The position numbers were made by a program, and so were the translations under genes. The notes under the pieces were generated by a model. That model saw only the letters and a program-made list of their open reading frames with translations, searched no databases and was not told the origin of the DNA. Source: Marsupella aquatica (lineage: Eukaryota; Plantae; Marchantiophyta). Taken from it: a stretch of 64,000 nt of DNA. Numbering within the stretch: position 1 is the stretch's first letter; the number at the start of each line of letters is the position of its first letter. This document shows, one piece after another, positions 1 to 10,540 of this stretch. The stretch spans positions 9,385,832 through 9,449,831 of the forward strand of contig OZ316897.1 in the NCBI GenBank assembly GCA_973895155.1, written 5' to 3'.

Positions 1-1040
1 CAATTAGCTGAAGGTATTTAATGACAGCTTCAGCTAATCCATTCTGGAAATGCACGTGGGGTACGGGATATTGTACATCGATGCCAAGTGATGTTCAAAA
101 GTCGTCAAATGTTTCAGATGTGAATTCTCCTGCGTTGTCCACCCTTAGTGTCGTAATGGGGTGATCTGGGAATTGTGCCTTCACGCGCAAGATTTGCGCC
201 AAGATGCGGGGCATCACCATGTTCCTCGTTGAAAGCAGGGTCACATTTGACCATTTAGTTGATGCGTCAATTAACACCATAAAGTAGCGGAAAGGTCCGC
301 TCGGTGGGTTAATTGGCCCGCAAACATCTGCATGTATGATTTCCAAGAATTTGGGTATTCGGTTGGTAATTTTGATGCCGTGGGCCTTGTTATTAATTTG
401 CCGCATGAACATGCAATGCATGGGGTGCTCGCTGGAATGTGGCGTGTATTGGTTGGAATGCCTCTTGAATTCTTAATGATTTTGCTTAGCATGGATTGGC
501 CGGGGTGGCCGAGGCGTGCATGCCAAAGCGCAGGCAATTCGCTTGTTTGAGCATTGTTATGCAGGATTCAATATGAGTTACATAAAACCCGCATGGGTAC
601 GAGAAAAGGGTTTCTTTAATGATTTTCCCCGTAGGGGTATTTTCAACCAAGTGGATGACTTCGTGGTCTCTTGTATCGCCTGTCTGGACGTGTAGTCCAT
701 TTGCTCGTATATCTCTAAAACTAAGGAGATTATGAGTTGCATTCGGGGCAAAAATAGCAGATTCTATGTGGATTTCTGTACCCTGTGGGAGTCTAATAGA
801 AGCTGGGCCGAAGCCCTCTTGTATTTGGCTAGGACCATTGATAGTGGTCAGGGATCTACGTGAGGGTGTGATCTTGTAAAAAAGGTGTCTATCTTGGAGG
901 ATAGTATGCGTAGTTGCACTATCGATAATACATGTGTTGTGGCTATTTAAGTCTGGGGTTGTGGAGCTACTTGCCACTAGGTGTGCCTCGGGTTGGGCAG
1001 GTGGGTCTGAAAAGTCTTGGAATGGGTCACTAGACTCCAT
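1..1040 (-). pseudogene. E1 pol fragment (protease, GAG-pre-integrase, integrase core), frameshifted
   Basis: ORFs 486-1040, 271-537 and 95-421 give consecutive copia pol motifs in different frames. Confidence 0.88.
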
Positions 1041-1079
1041 AAACGCCCCATAGGTTTACGGGGTGGTGCCCTAGAGGTT

Positions 1080-2424
1080 TGTCCATCCTTTAGGGATCGT
1101 TGATATAGTTATCTAAGGTGTTGCGGGATTCTATAGTTTCTCGCTAGGTGGTTTGTCATGCCACATTCATGGCATTTCGGGCATTCCCATTGTTGTCGGG
1201 ATTTGACCAATCATTTTTGCGGTTGTTGTTATATGTTCTTCCACCGCCGCGTCCACCACGTCCGCCACGTCCTCCACGTCCACCACGTCCTTCTCGTCCT
1301 TTAAAGGTCCGTTGGGAGTTATATTGTGGATGTTGGTTATAGAAACTCCCCCTGTTGTGGGTGTTTCTCCGGTTGCCATTCTTAGTGCGCTTAAGGTCAA
1401 TTGCAAGCTTGAGGGGGGCAAAAAGGATCTCCAATTTCTCCACCAAAAGGATTCCAGTCCTTCCCAATTTACAAGGGGTGGACAAGGTGTTACACCAAAT
1501 GACTAGGATTAGTTTGTTGAGATTGGATGGTGAGATCTTGCATGCCAAGTCTTTGGAAGTGTGTCCAGGCTTTTAGGAAGTCTCAATCTTCCTGGAAGTG
1601 TGCACAACAATTTTGGAAGTGTGTCCAACCTTTATGGAAGTGGTGTTCAACTAAATCTTTATGATCTTTGAGTCTTTTTTCTCTCCTTTTTGAGCTAATC
1701 TTTTTTGCGTCCTTTTGCCCCCCTCAATCTTGCAATTGACTTTAATGCCCTGCCTCGATGTGGAGGGTTCAGCATTTTCTATATTATGGGTTTCATTTTG
1801 TGGTCCTGAGGGCAGTGTGCCCGCAGGGCGTTTTCTAGAGTTTACTAAAAGAAGCTCTTGGTTTCTTTCTATGACTAGGAGGTGGGCGATGAGCTCGGAG
1901 TATTGCCCGAACTTCATGTTCCGGTATTGTGTTGATAGTAACACGTTCTATGAGTGAAACGTGGACAAGGTCTTTTCTAGCAGATCCTTATCAATGACTG
2001 GCTCGCCACAGAGTGCGAGGGTTGAAGTTATTCTAAAGAGTTTGCTATTGTAGGCTGAAATAGAGGTAAAGTCCTGGACCCGCAGGTTTAGCCAGTCTTG
2101 CCTGGCTTTAGGTAGTTCGACCAGTTTTTGGTGGTCGAATCGGGTCTGGAGTGCTGTCCATAGTTCACGAGGGGTTGAGAGGTGCATGTATTGTCTTTGC
2201 AAGAATCTATGGATGTGGCGTCTAAGGAATACTAGAGCCTTGGATTCATTGGCTTTAGTTAACGAGTCTGGTTGGGGTTTGCCAGCTAGTATGGGTTGAG
2301 CTATCCCTATAGCTGGGAGTAGGGTTAGCGAGGTTAGGTTCTCTTTGAGGTTTATGGACCATTCTAGGTAGTTGCTATCATCGATTTCTAGGGCTCGAAA
2401 GGTTAGTTTCTCTAGGTTGGTCAT
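1080..2424 (-). pseudogene. E1 gag with an in-frame stop at 1948-1950, a MITE insertion and a broken zinc knuckle
   Basis: ORFs 1948-2424 and 1651-1944 are in the same frame, separated by TAG. Removing the MITE and one target copy restores RQGIKRTKNGNRR. Confidence 0.85.
1394..1742. mobile_element. MITE (~350 bp) with ~32-bp TIRs inserted at a TTAA site in E1 gag
   Basis: GGTCAATTGCAAGCTTGAGGGGGGCAAAAAGG (1395-1426) is the near reverse complement of 1711-1741. TTAA lies at 1391-1394 and 1742-1745, and excision restores the gag frame. Internal GGAAGTGTG repeats. Confidence 0.8.
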
Positions 2425-3936
2425 CGGGGTGGTGGCTTGATTCCTTTTAATGGTAATTGGGGCTTATTTACTAGTAAGTATAGTAAAAATCGACAAAACA
2501 CATTTCTACGGCATGCAAAGTGGGGCTGGGTGTAGAGAGCATGCAAATCCAAAATTCAATTTTAGGGTTTGCACTTAGGATTTAGGTTTTCCTTGGTATT
2601 TGGTTAACTGCAAAGTTTCCTTTGTATTTGCTCTAAGTTTCTTTGTTGAATTGTGCAGTAATGAAGTTATGCAGTTATGGGTGATTATTTACTTGTGCCC
2701 TGGTTAAGTGCACATGCGGCTTTGTAAAGTTAATTTTCTTTGTTACGGTGTGCAGTTATGAAGGTTTTGCGGTTATTTGCACTTAGATGGTTAAGTGCCT
2801 GGGTTTCTTTGTGTGCAGGAAATGACTTTGTAAGACTGTGCAGTTAAGGAGGGTGGTTTGCTTATCGGGTTTTTCTCATTATTCTTCCTTGCATTGTTGC
2901 TCAATTTGACGCCTCCGTGTGATGCTTGGTCTTCAGTTGTGCTTGCTTGGCAGCCCCGGTTTGTATCTGAATTTGTCTTTTTTGCATCTTTTGTTGGTCC
3001 TCAATCGATGCTGCCCTTTCGCTGATCGATGCTTCCTTTTTTGCTGTGACTTTTGGGGCTTCGATTGTTACTTTTGTGACTTTGGCCCTCGATTTTTTTG
3101 TGTTGCTCGCTCTCTCTTTTACGCGAGCTCTCTCCGTCCCAATCTGTCGAGGTACGCACACTACTTATAATTGTCTCTCAAGACGAGCTCTGTTCCGATA
3201 GAATTCAGATCGCTCATCTGGTCGAAGCCGAAGTTGCATGCCATTGGCTAATTGTGGGATTGTGGCACCTATGATGGCATCTACAATGAGGCAGCGCGCT
3301 GATTTGTCTCTCATCAAGAAAGCCTCAGCCAAAATTGCATCAAAATCTGGGAAATAAGGCGGCGCGCCTATCTCAGCTCTACCATTCTTTCTTCTCGATC
3401 ATCCATCTGCTTTAGCTCGGAATCGTGAAATCGCAATCCTTCGATCAGAAAGGGGGCATTTTCTGCTTCAACATCGGGCTCCCTCGCTCCCTATCTCCTT
3501 CGATTTCCTTATCCTTTCGAAAGAGTCTTCGCCTCCTTGTTTTGCTGCTGTGTTCTCAAAAGCAACAATCGCAGGCGTAGGGGCAGAGCGGTGTGCCACC
3601 AGCTTTCTTCTTATTCCATTTCAGTTCATCCTCCCCATAAACTGTCAATTCGTCCGTAGTCTTCTTCCGACGTTTGCTCAAACCAGGCTCTACTGCTGAC
3701 GATGATTTCCGATGACCTCTCGTTGCTAGCGGCCCTTCTCTCGAGTGCCTTTTTAATTTTCCTTTCCATCAATCCTTATCGATGTGTTTCTTCAATCCTT
3801 ATGAACTTTACAGTTTCTGCTTGACTCTCTGGTTTTCTTCTCGATTCTCTATTTGGAATTCTCTTCAAGTCCTTATCGATTTCTTTTCATTTGCCTCTTA
3901 GGGATTTCTCAATCTTTCGCTCCGCTGGTTGAGTCC

Positions 3937-3950
3937 TCGTGCTGATAACG
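3937..3950 (-). promoter_or_regulatory. E1 primer-binding site complementary to the tRNA-Ile anticodon arm (half-tRNA priming)
   Basis: Minus-strand CGTTATCAGCACGA directly follows the LTR. The plus strand TCGTGCTGATAACG matches the plant tRNA-Ile anticodon arm as recalled (TCGTGCTAATAACG). Confidence 0.8.
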
Positions 3951-4062
3951 TGTCATGATATGAATGCAATGAATGTCTGTATAGTCAGGAATGTTTATAC
4001 ATATAGTGGGGTCGGATGACCGGCTGGTCCGGTCGTCCGGTCAGAGGAGGTAGAGTCTAACA
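3951..4062 (-). repeat. E1 5' LTR (~112 bp)
   Basis: TGTCA...TAACA ends next to the PBS, with a TATA-like stretch. The partner LTR is outside the window, so the right boundary is inferred. Confidence 0.6.
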
Positions 4063-4139
4063 TTTTCTAACTTGTTTTGGATTGTTATCATAGATAAATG
4101 AAACAAATTGAAGAATAATAATTTTATTTTACTGAAATC

Positions 4140-4380
4140 CAAATATAATTAAAACATTTACGTGTGAAAATTTCAACATGCATTTTATATTTTAGTTATG
4201 TTTTCAATTTGTTTTTACGGCATGACGTCCCAAAATTTAAGTCAAAATTAGTTGGAAACATATAAATATGATGGTTATTTTGATTCACAAAATTAATCAC
4301 CATGTTTGTTGTAGGTGTTGAAACACGTGACGCACTATGGTGCAAAGGATTTGCAAAGTACATCTTATGGGGGTTTGTAA
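4140..4380 (-). repeat. Dispersed AT-rich repeat, inverted homolog of 52625-52880
   Basis: The reverse complement shares colinear blocks with 52670-52880: GCACCAxAGTGxGTCA, ACAACAAACA, TTTTGTGAATCAAA, AAATTTTGxGACGxCATGCCGTAAAAA. Confidence 0.65.
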
Positions 4381-4639
4381 TAAAGAAATTAATAAAAAAT
4401 AAAAAATACATCTTTTGTTTTTAGAAGTTCTAAAGTTACTTTGTCTACTATGACAATTTTAGTAATGATATCTTAAACTACTAAAATCTTATTAAAATAT
4501 ACTTTAAACATTGTCAAAGATGTTATTAGTGATTGTGGAAACAAAAACTCTTATTTTAGATGATTTTCTTTATCTAAAACACCTTGAAATATAAAACACA
4601 AATTATTTTACTTTAATATTTTTCTTACTACCCACTTTG

Positions 4640-6664
4640 AGGAGTCTCCCAGTATGACTGAAGGTATGGTCCAGAAAATTCAATATGTCAAACTAGAGTT
4701 GGAACCGGATCAAACTTTTAATATTAATAGGAAGAGGTTTGGATGAGAGTACTAGGCAGCAATATAAAGCACTGTTTAGGGTATAGAGATGTATTCGCTT
4801 GGAGGTCATCATGATCTTAAGGGCATTTTCCCTACCCTAGGGGGACATCGGATTGATTTAGTAGAAGGGTCTATTCCCATTAGACAACGTCAATATAGAT
4901 TGAACCCTAAATACTCCCTCATGGTTAAAACTGAGTAAATTGGATAAGTTAAGAGAGGCAGGTTTTGTCTACCCCGTTTTAAATAGTGAATGGGTCTCCA
5001 CTATAGTAATAGTTCCTAAAAAACCAGGACCAGAATGATGGGAAAGTTAAAATTAGGGTATGCCAAGACTATAGGAAATTAAATGCCGCCACTAGAAAGG
5101 ATTATCACCCTTTACCTTTTATGTATACTATTTTAGATCAAGTTGTCGGTCATGAGTTGTATAGCTATTTAGATGGGTTTTCTGGGTATAATAATCAGGT
5201 GTCTATTAAGAAATCAAACCAATCTAAAACTATATTCACCACCCATTGGGGCACTTAAATTGCCTTTTCTAGAATGCCTTTCGGGTTGTGTAATGCACCT
5301 GACCGTACTTTCCAAAGGCTAATATATGACTGTGACTTTTCAGGAATACTTGCAGTACTTCTTGGAGATTTTTTTTGATGATTTTTGTATTTTTGGTCCA
5401 GAGAGGATCATTTGGAGCATTTGAAGAAGACCTTTGCCAAGTGTCAAGAAGCTGGTCTATGTTTGCACCCCGAGAAATGCTATTTTGGCATGAAGGAGGG
5501 TATATTGTTAGGGCATAAGATTTGCCAGAGTGACATTAATTGCAGTTGACCATGACAAAGTAGCGATTGATATTTGTTTTAGAAGTTTTCACTAATTTGC
5601 ATGAGCTAAGAGGTTTCTTAGGTTATGTGGGGTATTACCATCATTTATTGAAGGCTATTCTGTACTTGCCACACCCCTCACTCAACTTCTTAAGAAAGAT
5701 GTACCTTATGAGTGAAGTGGTGCAAGGGAAAACACCTTTATCACCCTCAAATATAGGTTAACAATAGCCCTTGTTCTTATACCACCTGATTGGGAGAAGA
5801 TTTTCCATGTTTTTGTGGATATATCTAAATTTTATATTGGTTTAGAGTTGAGTGAAAAGGACAAATGAGATAAGAGTCATCCTATTTATTTTGCCAATCG
5901 CCAGCTAAATAATGCAAAGCAAAATTACTCAACCACGGAGCGTGAAGCATTGGGCATGGTTTTCGCTTGCAAGAAATTTTGACATTACCTCCTTGGTTAT
6001 GATACCATCTTTCATACGGATCACCATTCCTTGAAGTATCTCTTCAACAAGGTTGATTTGTCAAGACGCATTGCAAGATGGGTTCTTTTGCTGCAAGAGT
6101 TTCAATTCAAGGTGGAGATACAAGCTGGCAAAAATCATGTGAATGTGGATCATTTATCTTAGTTGGAGGGAGAAGATGGCAAGGAAGCGGTACTTGATCA
6201 ATTTCCGGATGAAGAGTTATTCCATATTGAAGGTGACCAATCACTTTATGCTGACATTGTATCTTATTTATTGACGGGACAACCACTAGAGCAAATGAGT
6301 GCGGAGCTCAACAATCTGTTTTTGTGCATAAGGCTGGGCCTTATACTCTCATTCAAGGTGTGTTACATAAAGCTATGTCTAACCTTAAGCTAAAATGATG
6401 TTTGGAGAGACATGGAGTTCCTCGAGCATGAAGGAAGTTCTGGTGGGCATTTTGCTATGTCTACTATAATAGCTAAAGTTTGACATGCGGGCTATTGATG
6501 GCCTTCTATGCATAAGGATATTTTTGAGTTCATTAAGGGATGTGACCCTTGTCAGCGAATGGGAAAATCTTTACTAAGTGGGAGATGGCCGTTAGTTCCA
6601 ATCATGTCATCGGCACCCTTTGAGAAATGGGGCATAGACTTGTGGGCCCTATCCAACCAGTAAC
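4640..6664 (+). pseudogene. Old Ty3/gypsy pol relic (RT, RNase H, integrase N-part) related to the element at 20003-33614
   Basis: Translates in pieces to QYRLNPKYS, IRVCQDYRKLNAATRKD, MPFGLCNAP, FHTDHHSLKYL, APFEKWGID. Many indels and stops; no LTRs. Confidence 0.88.
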
Positions 6665-7284
6665 ACAAAATTTTATGTAGAGCTGGTGGTAGTGGCTTTG
6701 TGAACAGGTCTGCCCGATTATCCTTGCTTGGGATCCATTGAACATTGATCTGGTCACCATGCTATTCATGTGTGTAAAAACAATTTGGTGACATTATACA
6801 TTCAATGCGGTCTCCTTTGATAAATCCTTGGGCTATTTGGTCAACACAGGGGTGATTGTCTTCATAAATAATAGTTGGGGCCTGTAACAACTGTTTTCCA
6901 GTATATTTATTAATGTGGTCTATTAATCTTCGAAGGCAGGTACATTCTCTGCATGCCTCATAAAGTGCTAGGATTTCAGCATGATTTGAGGATGTCGTTG
7001 TTAGGGTTTGCTTCAAATTCTTCCATGAAACTGCCGTTAAGCCTTGCAGAAAAACATAGCCGGTTTGAGACTTGGTGTCATCTGGATCAGATTAGTATCC
7101 TGCATCAGCAAATCCTGTCAAAACATTAGTCATATCTTTGGGGAAGTAAAGGCTCATGTCTATTGTGAGTGTAAAGGCTCATGTCTAAAGATACGTTTGA
7201 GGTCATTCCAGTGCCTAATTGTAGACTGAGAACTGTGTCTCGCCAACAAGCTAACTGCGAATGAGATGTCGGGGCGCGTCTAGT

Positions 7285-7589
7285 CTCGGGGGCCTCAATC
7301 CAAGGGGTGTCCCATATCACGCTCGAAGTTAGGGGGGGATAAACACCCTAAAAGTTAAGTCAATAAAGTTTTTTTAAGGAATTTTTTATCTCCAACTTAA
7401 TAGAATATTCCAAGAATATTCCCATATTTGATTTTAAAAACCCTATGATTCTTATAATTCTCAAAATTTGATTAAAATAACCCTAATGTTCTTCAACAAA
7501 AATTTAAAAGTATTTCACTAAACCCAATAAAAAAACCCTATACTTATTCGCGCGTGATGGGTCAGAAGAAAAGAAGTGAGGACCCCGGG
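7285..7589. mobile_element. Non-autonomous DNA transposon (hAT-like MITE, 305 bp)
   Basis: 8-bp TSD CGTCTAGT (7277-7284, 7590-7597). 15-bp imperfect TIRs CTCGGGGGCCTCAAT / CCCGGGGTCCTCACT. Removal restores the RT frame YLANxTRPDISF. Confidence 0.8.
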
Positions 7590-7962
7590 CGTCTAGTTGG
7601 CAAGATACATCAACACTCCTATTGCTGACAGGTAAGGCTTTTATGGTCCTAGAATTGGTTCAGTCTTCATTCTTTTCTTGAACATATCTTTTGTTGGATC
7701 TAGTGACCTCATCTCCATCGGCATGCTTATTGGGTATGCATTTTGCATATTGAACTGCTTAAGGATCTTTTCGGTGTATGTGGATTTGCTTATTAAAATC
7801 CCATTAGGTACATACTCAAATTGTATACCAAGGCAATAATTGGGTTCTCCTAGGTCTTTCATTTCAAAGACTCCTTTCAGGCCGCGGGTTTGAATTGTCT
7901 TTCTCGTGAGGTTGGGAGTGCCGAATATGTTAATATCATTGACATATAATGCAAGTATACAA

Positions 7963-8383
7963 TGTTGGGTATTTACTCTTACGTCTAGGTTAGGTATGAC
8001 GTGGTTGGTACAACAACGTGGGTTGGTACAACTACGTGGTTAGGTACAACTACGTGATTAGGTACAACTATGTGGTTAGGTACAACTACGTAATTAGGTA
8101 CAACTATGTGGTTAGGTACAACTAAGTTGCACACTATATCATAAGAGGCATGTGTGCTTGGAGAGGTAGAACCAAGGCTCATTGTTATGGAGCCACTTGA
8201 GAGATAGGGAGAGCTTACACTGTGGAGACTCGGTATAGCCGACGGGCTTAGAGTTCAGTAAAGCTCTCTTGTGTGTTCTCGTGGACGTAGCCTCAAGGAG
8301 GTGAACCACGTATCTCTTGTGTCGACTATTGTGCGTTGGATGGTTCATGGGCTTGCCGTTGCGATCGTCGTCTATGCTCAACA
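7963..8383 (+). repeat. Copia LTR copy 1 (421 bp)
   Basis: TGTTGGG...CTCAACA; near-identical to 14005-14425. Confidence 0.97.
8001..8126 (+). promoter_or_regulatory. U3 array of seven ~18-bp units GTGGTTAGGTACAACTAC (also in the other two LTRs)
   Basis: Seen directly. Units contain GGTTAGGT/GGTTGGT, whose reverse complements ACCTAAC/ACCAACC are AC-element (R2R3-MYB-type) motifs. Confidence 0.7.
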
Positions 8384-8384
8384 A

Positions 8385-8794
8385 TACTCTTACGTCTAGG
8401 TTAGGTATGACGTGGTTGGTACAACAACGTGGGTTGGTACAACTACGTGGTTAGGTACAACTACGTGATTAGGTACAACTATGTGGTTAGGTACAACTAC
8501 GTAATTAGGTACAACTATGTGGTTAGGTACAACTAAGTTGCACACTATATCATAAGAGGCATGTGTGCTTGGAGAGGTAGAACCAAGGCTCATTGTTATG
8601 GAGCCACTTGAGAGATAGGGAGAGCTTACACTGTGGAGACTCGGTATAGCCGACGGGCTTAGAGTTCAGTAAAGCTCTCTTGTGTGTTCCCGTGGACGTA
8701 GTCTCAAGGAGGTGAACCACGTATCTCTTGTGTCGACTATTGTGCGTTGGATGGTTCATGGGCTTGCCGTTGCGATCGTCGTCTATGCTCAACA
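8385..8794 (+). repeat. Copia LTR copy 2 (tandem; lacks the first 11 bp)
   Basis: 411-bp period relative to copy 1; followed by AT and then the PBS. Confidence 0.95.
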
Positions 8795-8796
8795 AT

Positions 8797-8808
8797 TGGT
8801 ATCAGAGC
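8797..8808 (+). promoter_or_regulatory. PBS, tRNA-iMet
   Basis: TGGTATCAGAGC, 2 nt after the LTR. Confidence 0.95.
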
Positions 8809-9505
8809 ATGCTTGGGAGGTGACGTGTGTTCGTGACGGGATTTCATGACGGTTTTTCCAGCGTTGAGTGTTGGTGGATTTTCCAGAGTTCCGTTGCATG
8901 GAACTTGGAGTTTATGGGCTCAACGGATAGATCAGGGCAAGAGCTTTCTAACGGTGTGAAGAAATCGTTGAACGGAGCTCGTGGTGCAGAGAGATCTAAG
9001 TTTTCGTCGTTCTGGATTTTGTGAAGAAAGTTGGCAATCGACTCGGAGGGAGAAGCGTCAAGTGTTTTGACTCAACGGAGAGATTGAGGCAAGACGATTG
9101 TTTTTGAGTCCGGGATTGGCTCTTTGATGCAAAGAGGAAGGCTAAGCAAAATCAATTACCTTGTTGGACTTGGTGACGGCACCAAGTGCAATTGATCAAC
9201 ATTCGTTGTTGACAAGTGAGGTCGTAGCCATTGAAGTTGGCAATGCAGCGCACCAATCACATCGCAATTCCGACAACGGGTTGTACCCTAAACCCTAAAC
9301 CCGTTATTCCCTGAGGTGGTCAAAACGGGGGAGTTTCCCAAGGTTTTACCCACCTCGACCGAAATTTGAATAACTTTTCCGTCAAATTTCGATTTTGATT
9401 TTGGTTTTCAGTATTGGACTCCTAGCTTTGTGGGCTACGCGGCGGTGTTGAGTTTCGAGTTTTTTGAGAAGTTGTGAAAAACAACATTTTTTGTGACTTT
9501 CTCAT

Positions 9506-10540
9506 ATGAGTGATTCGGAGGAGTTTTTCGAAGACGTGGAACTTGAAGCACGAGGATCACCGCGGAGGTTTCAGGGGCAGAGAGAGGAGCAGGAGGAAGA
9601 GCACGTGACACCGATACCATCACCGGTGCGGCGTGTGGTGGAGGAAGCAGTACTACTACCAGAGCTCACGGTAAAGAAGAAGATGGGGACTTTCAAGCTT
9701 GGGGGACCCAAGTATGAAGTGACAAAGTATGATGGGCGCTCTGACTACTTGCTATGGGAGAAGCAGGTGAAGGGAGTGCTTTATGCGTCAGGGATGGGCC
9801 AACTGCTGAGCCCTCGTGAAGACGATGTTGATGAGAAACAATGGGACCGCATGCAGGAGCAGGGAGTGTGGTGTGTTACACTCTATCTCATGCCTCCCAT
9901 CATCAAGCAGTTAGGTGCACATAAGGATTGCATGTCCTTGTTTGCGGAATTGCAGAGCAAGTATCACCGCAAGGAGTTGTCGAACCGGCTCTACACTTCC
10001 TACAAACTGATGAGTTTCAGGATGAAGGAATCTGGTACGAAGTTGCAAGACCATGTGGATGCTTTCAACGACATGGTCGTTGACTTGGAAAACCTTGGGG
10101 AGACTTTGAATGATGAGACGAAGGCTCTGCAACTTCTTAGTTCATTGCCTCCATCTTACCAGTCCCTATCACGAGTGTTGTTGCATCGTGATAGGGATAC
10201 CATTTCATACAATGACGTGGTAAGTTCTTTGCTTAGTGATGATCTTCAGCAGAAGATGCACATCACGTCACAGCCTTCATCATCTGGTGCTGCCCTCAAT
10301 GTTAACCGTGGGAGGAGTATGCAGCGACCAACTGGGGACCGTAGAACCCAGTTTAGATCTAAATCCAGATCTAAGTCCAAGGGTAAATCCCCTCAGAGGA
10401 GGCAGGTGACATGTTGGAAGTGCAACCAAGTTGGACACTTCAAGCGAGACTGTAAGGGAAAGGCAGCGGAAACTTCATCGGCAAATGTGGCTAGGGCTGA
10501 TGGAGAAGCTGATTTACTCAATGATGAGTATGTTTTATGA
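9506..10540 (+). CDS. gag: Copia Gag with CCHC zinc knuckle
   Basis: KYDGRSDYLLW, LLSSLPPSY, CWKCNQVGHFKRDC. Ends in a TGA that is in frame with pol. Confidence 0.93.
   Translation: MSDSEEFFEDVELEARGSPRRFQGQREEQEEEHVTPIPSPVRRVVEEAVLLPELTVKKKMGTFKLGGPKYEVTKYDGRSDYLLWEKQVKGVLYASGMGQLLSPREDDVDEKQWDRMQEQGVWCVTLYLMPPIIKQLGAHKDCMSLFAELQSKYHRKELSNRLYTSYKLMSFRMKESGTKLQDHVDAFNDMVVDLENLGETLNDETKALQLLSSLPPSYQSLSRVLLHRDRDTISYNDVVSSLLSDDLQQKMHITSQPSSSGAALNVNRGRSMQRPTGDRRTQFRSKSRSKSKGKSPQRRQVTCWKCNQVGHFKRDCKGKAAETSSANVARADGEADLLNDEYVL

Larger units (their letters stand above)
1..4062 (-). mobile_element. Ty1/copia LTR retrotransposon, Bianca-like (element E1); 5' half only, runs off the window start; degenerate
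   Basis: Gag (2424->1080: LEIDDSNYLEW, WTALQTRFDHQK, RGG repeats), protease CIIDSATTHTIL (ORF 486-1040), GAG-pre-integrase LWHARLGHPG and integrase IHADVCGP/RVDNAGEF (95-537). PBS at 3937-3950 abuts a short TG..CA LTR at 3951-4062. Confidence 0.9.

Noticed and set aside
3919-3950. tRNA-Ile gene
   Set aside because: Only the D-arm and anticodon part is present and it abuts an LTR, so it is a PBS.
7985-8795. Repeated small ORFs (VVPNH repeats, MLSIDDD...)
   Set aside because: Antisense translations of the LTR and its 18-bp minisatellite.
9286-9302. Telomere-like CCCTAAACCCTAAACCC
   Set aside because: Only ~2.5 units in a copia leader; at most a telo-box.
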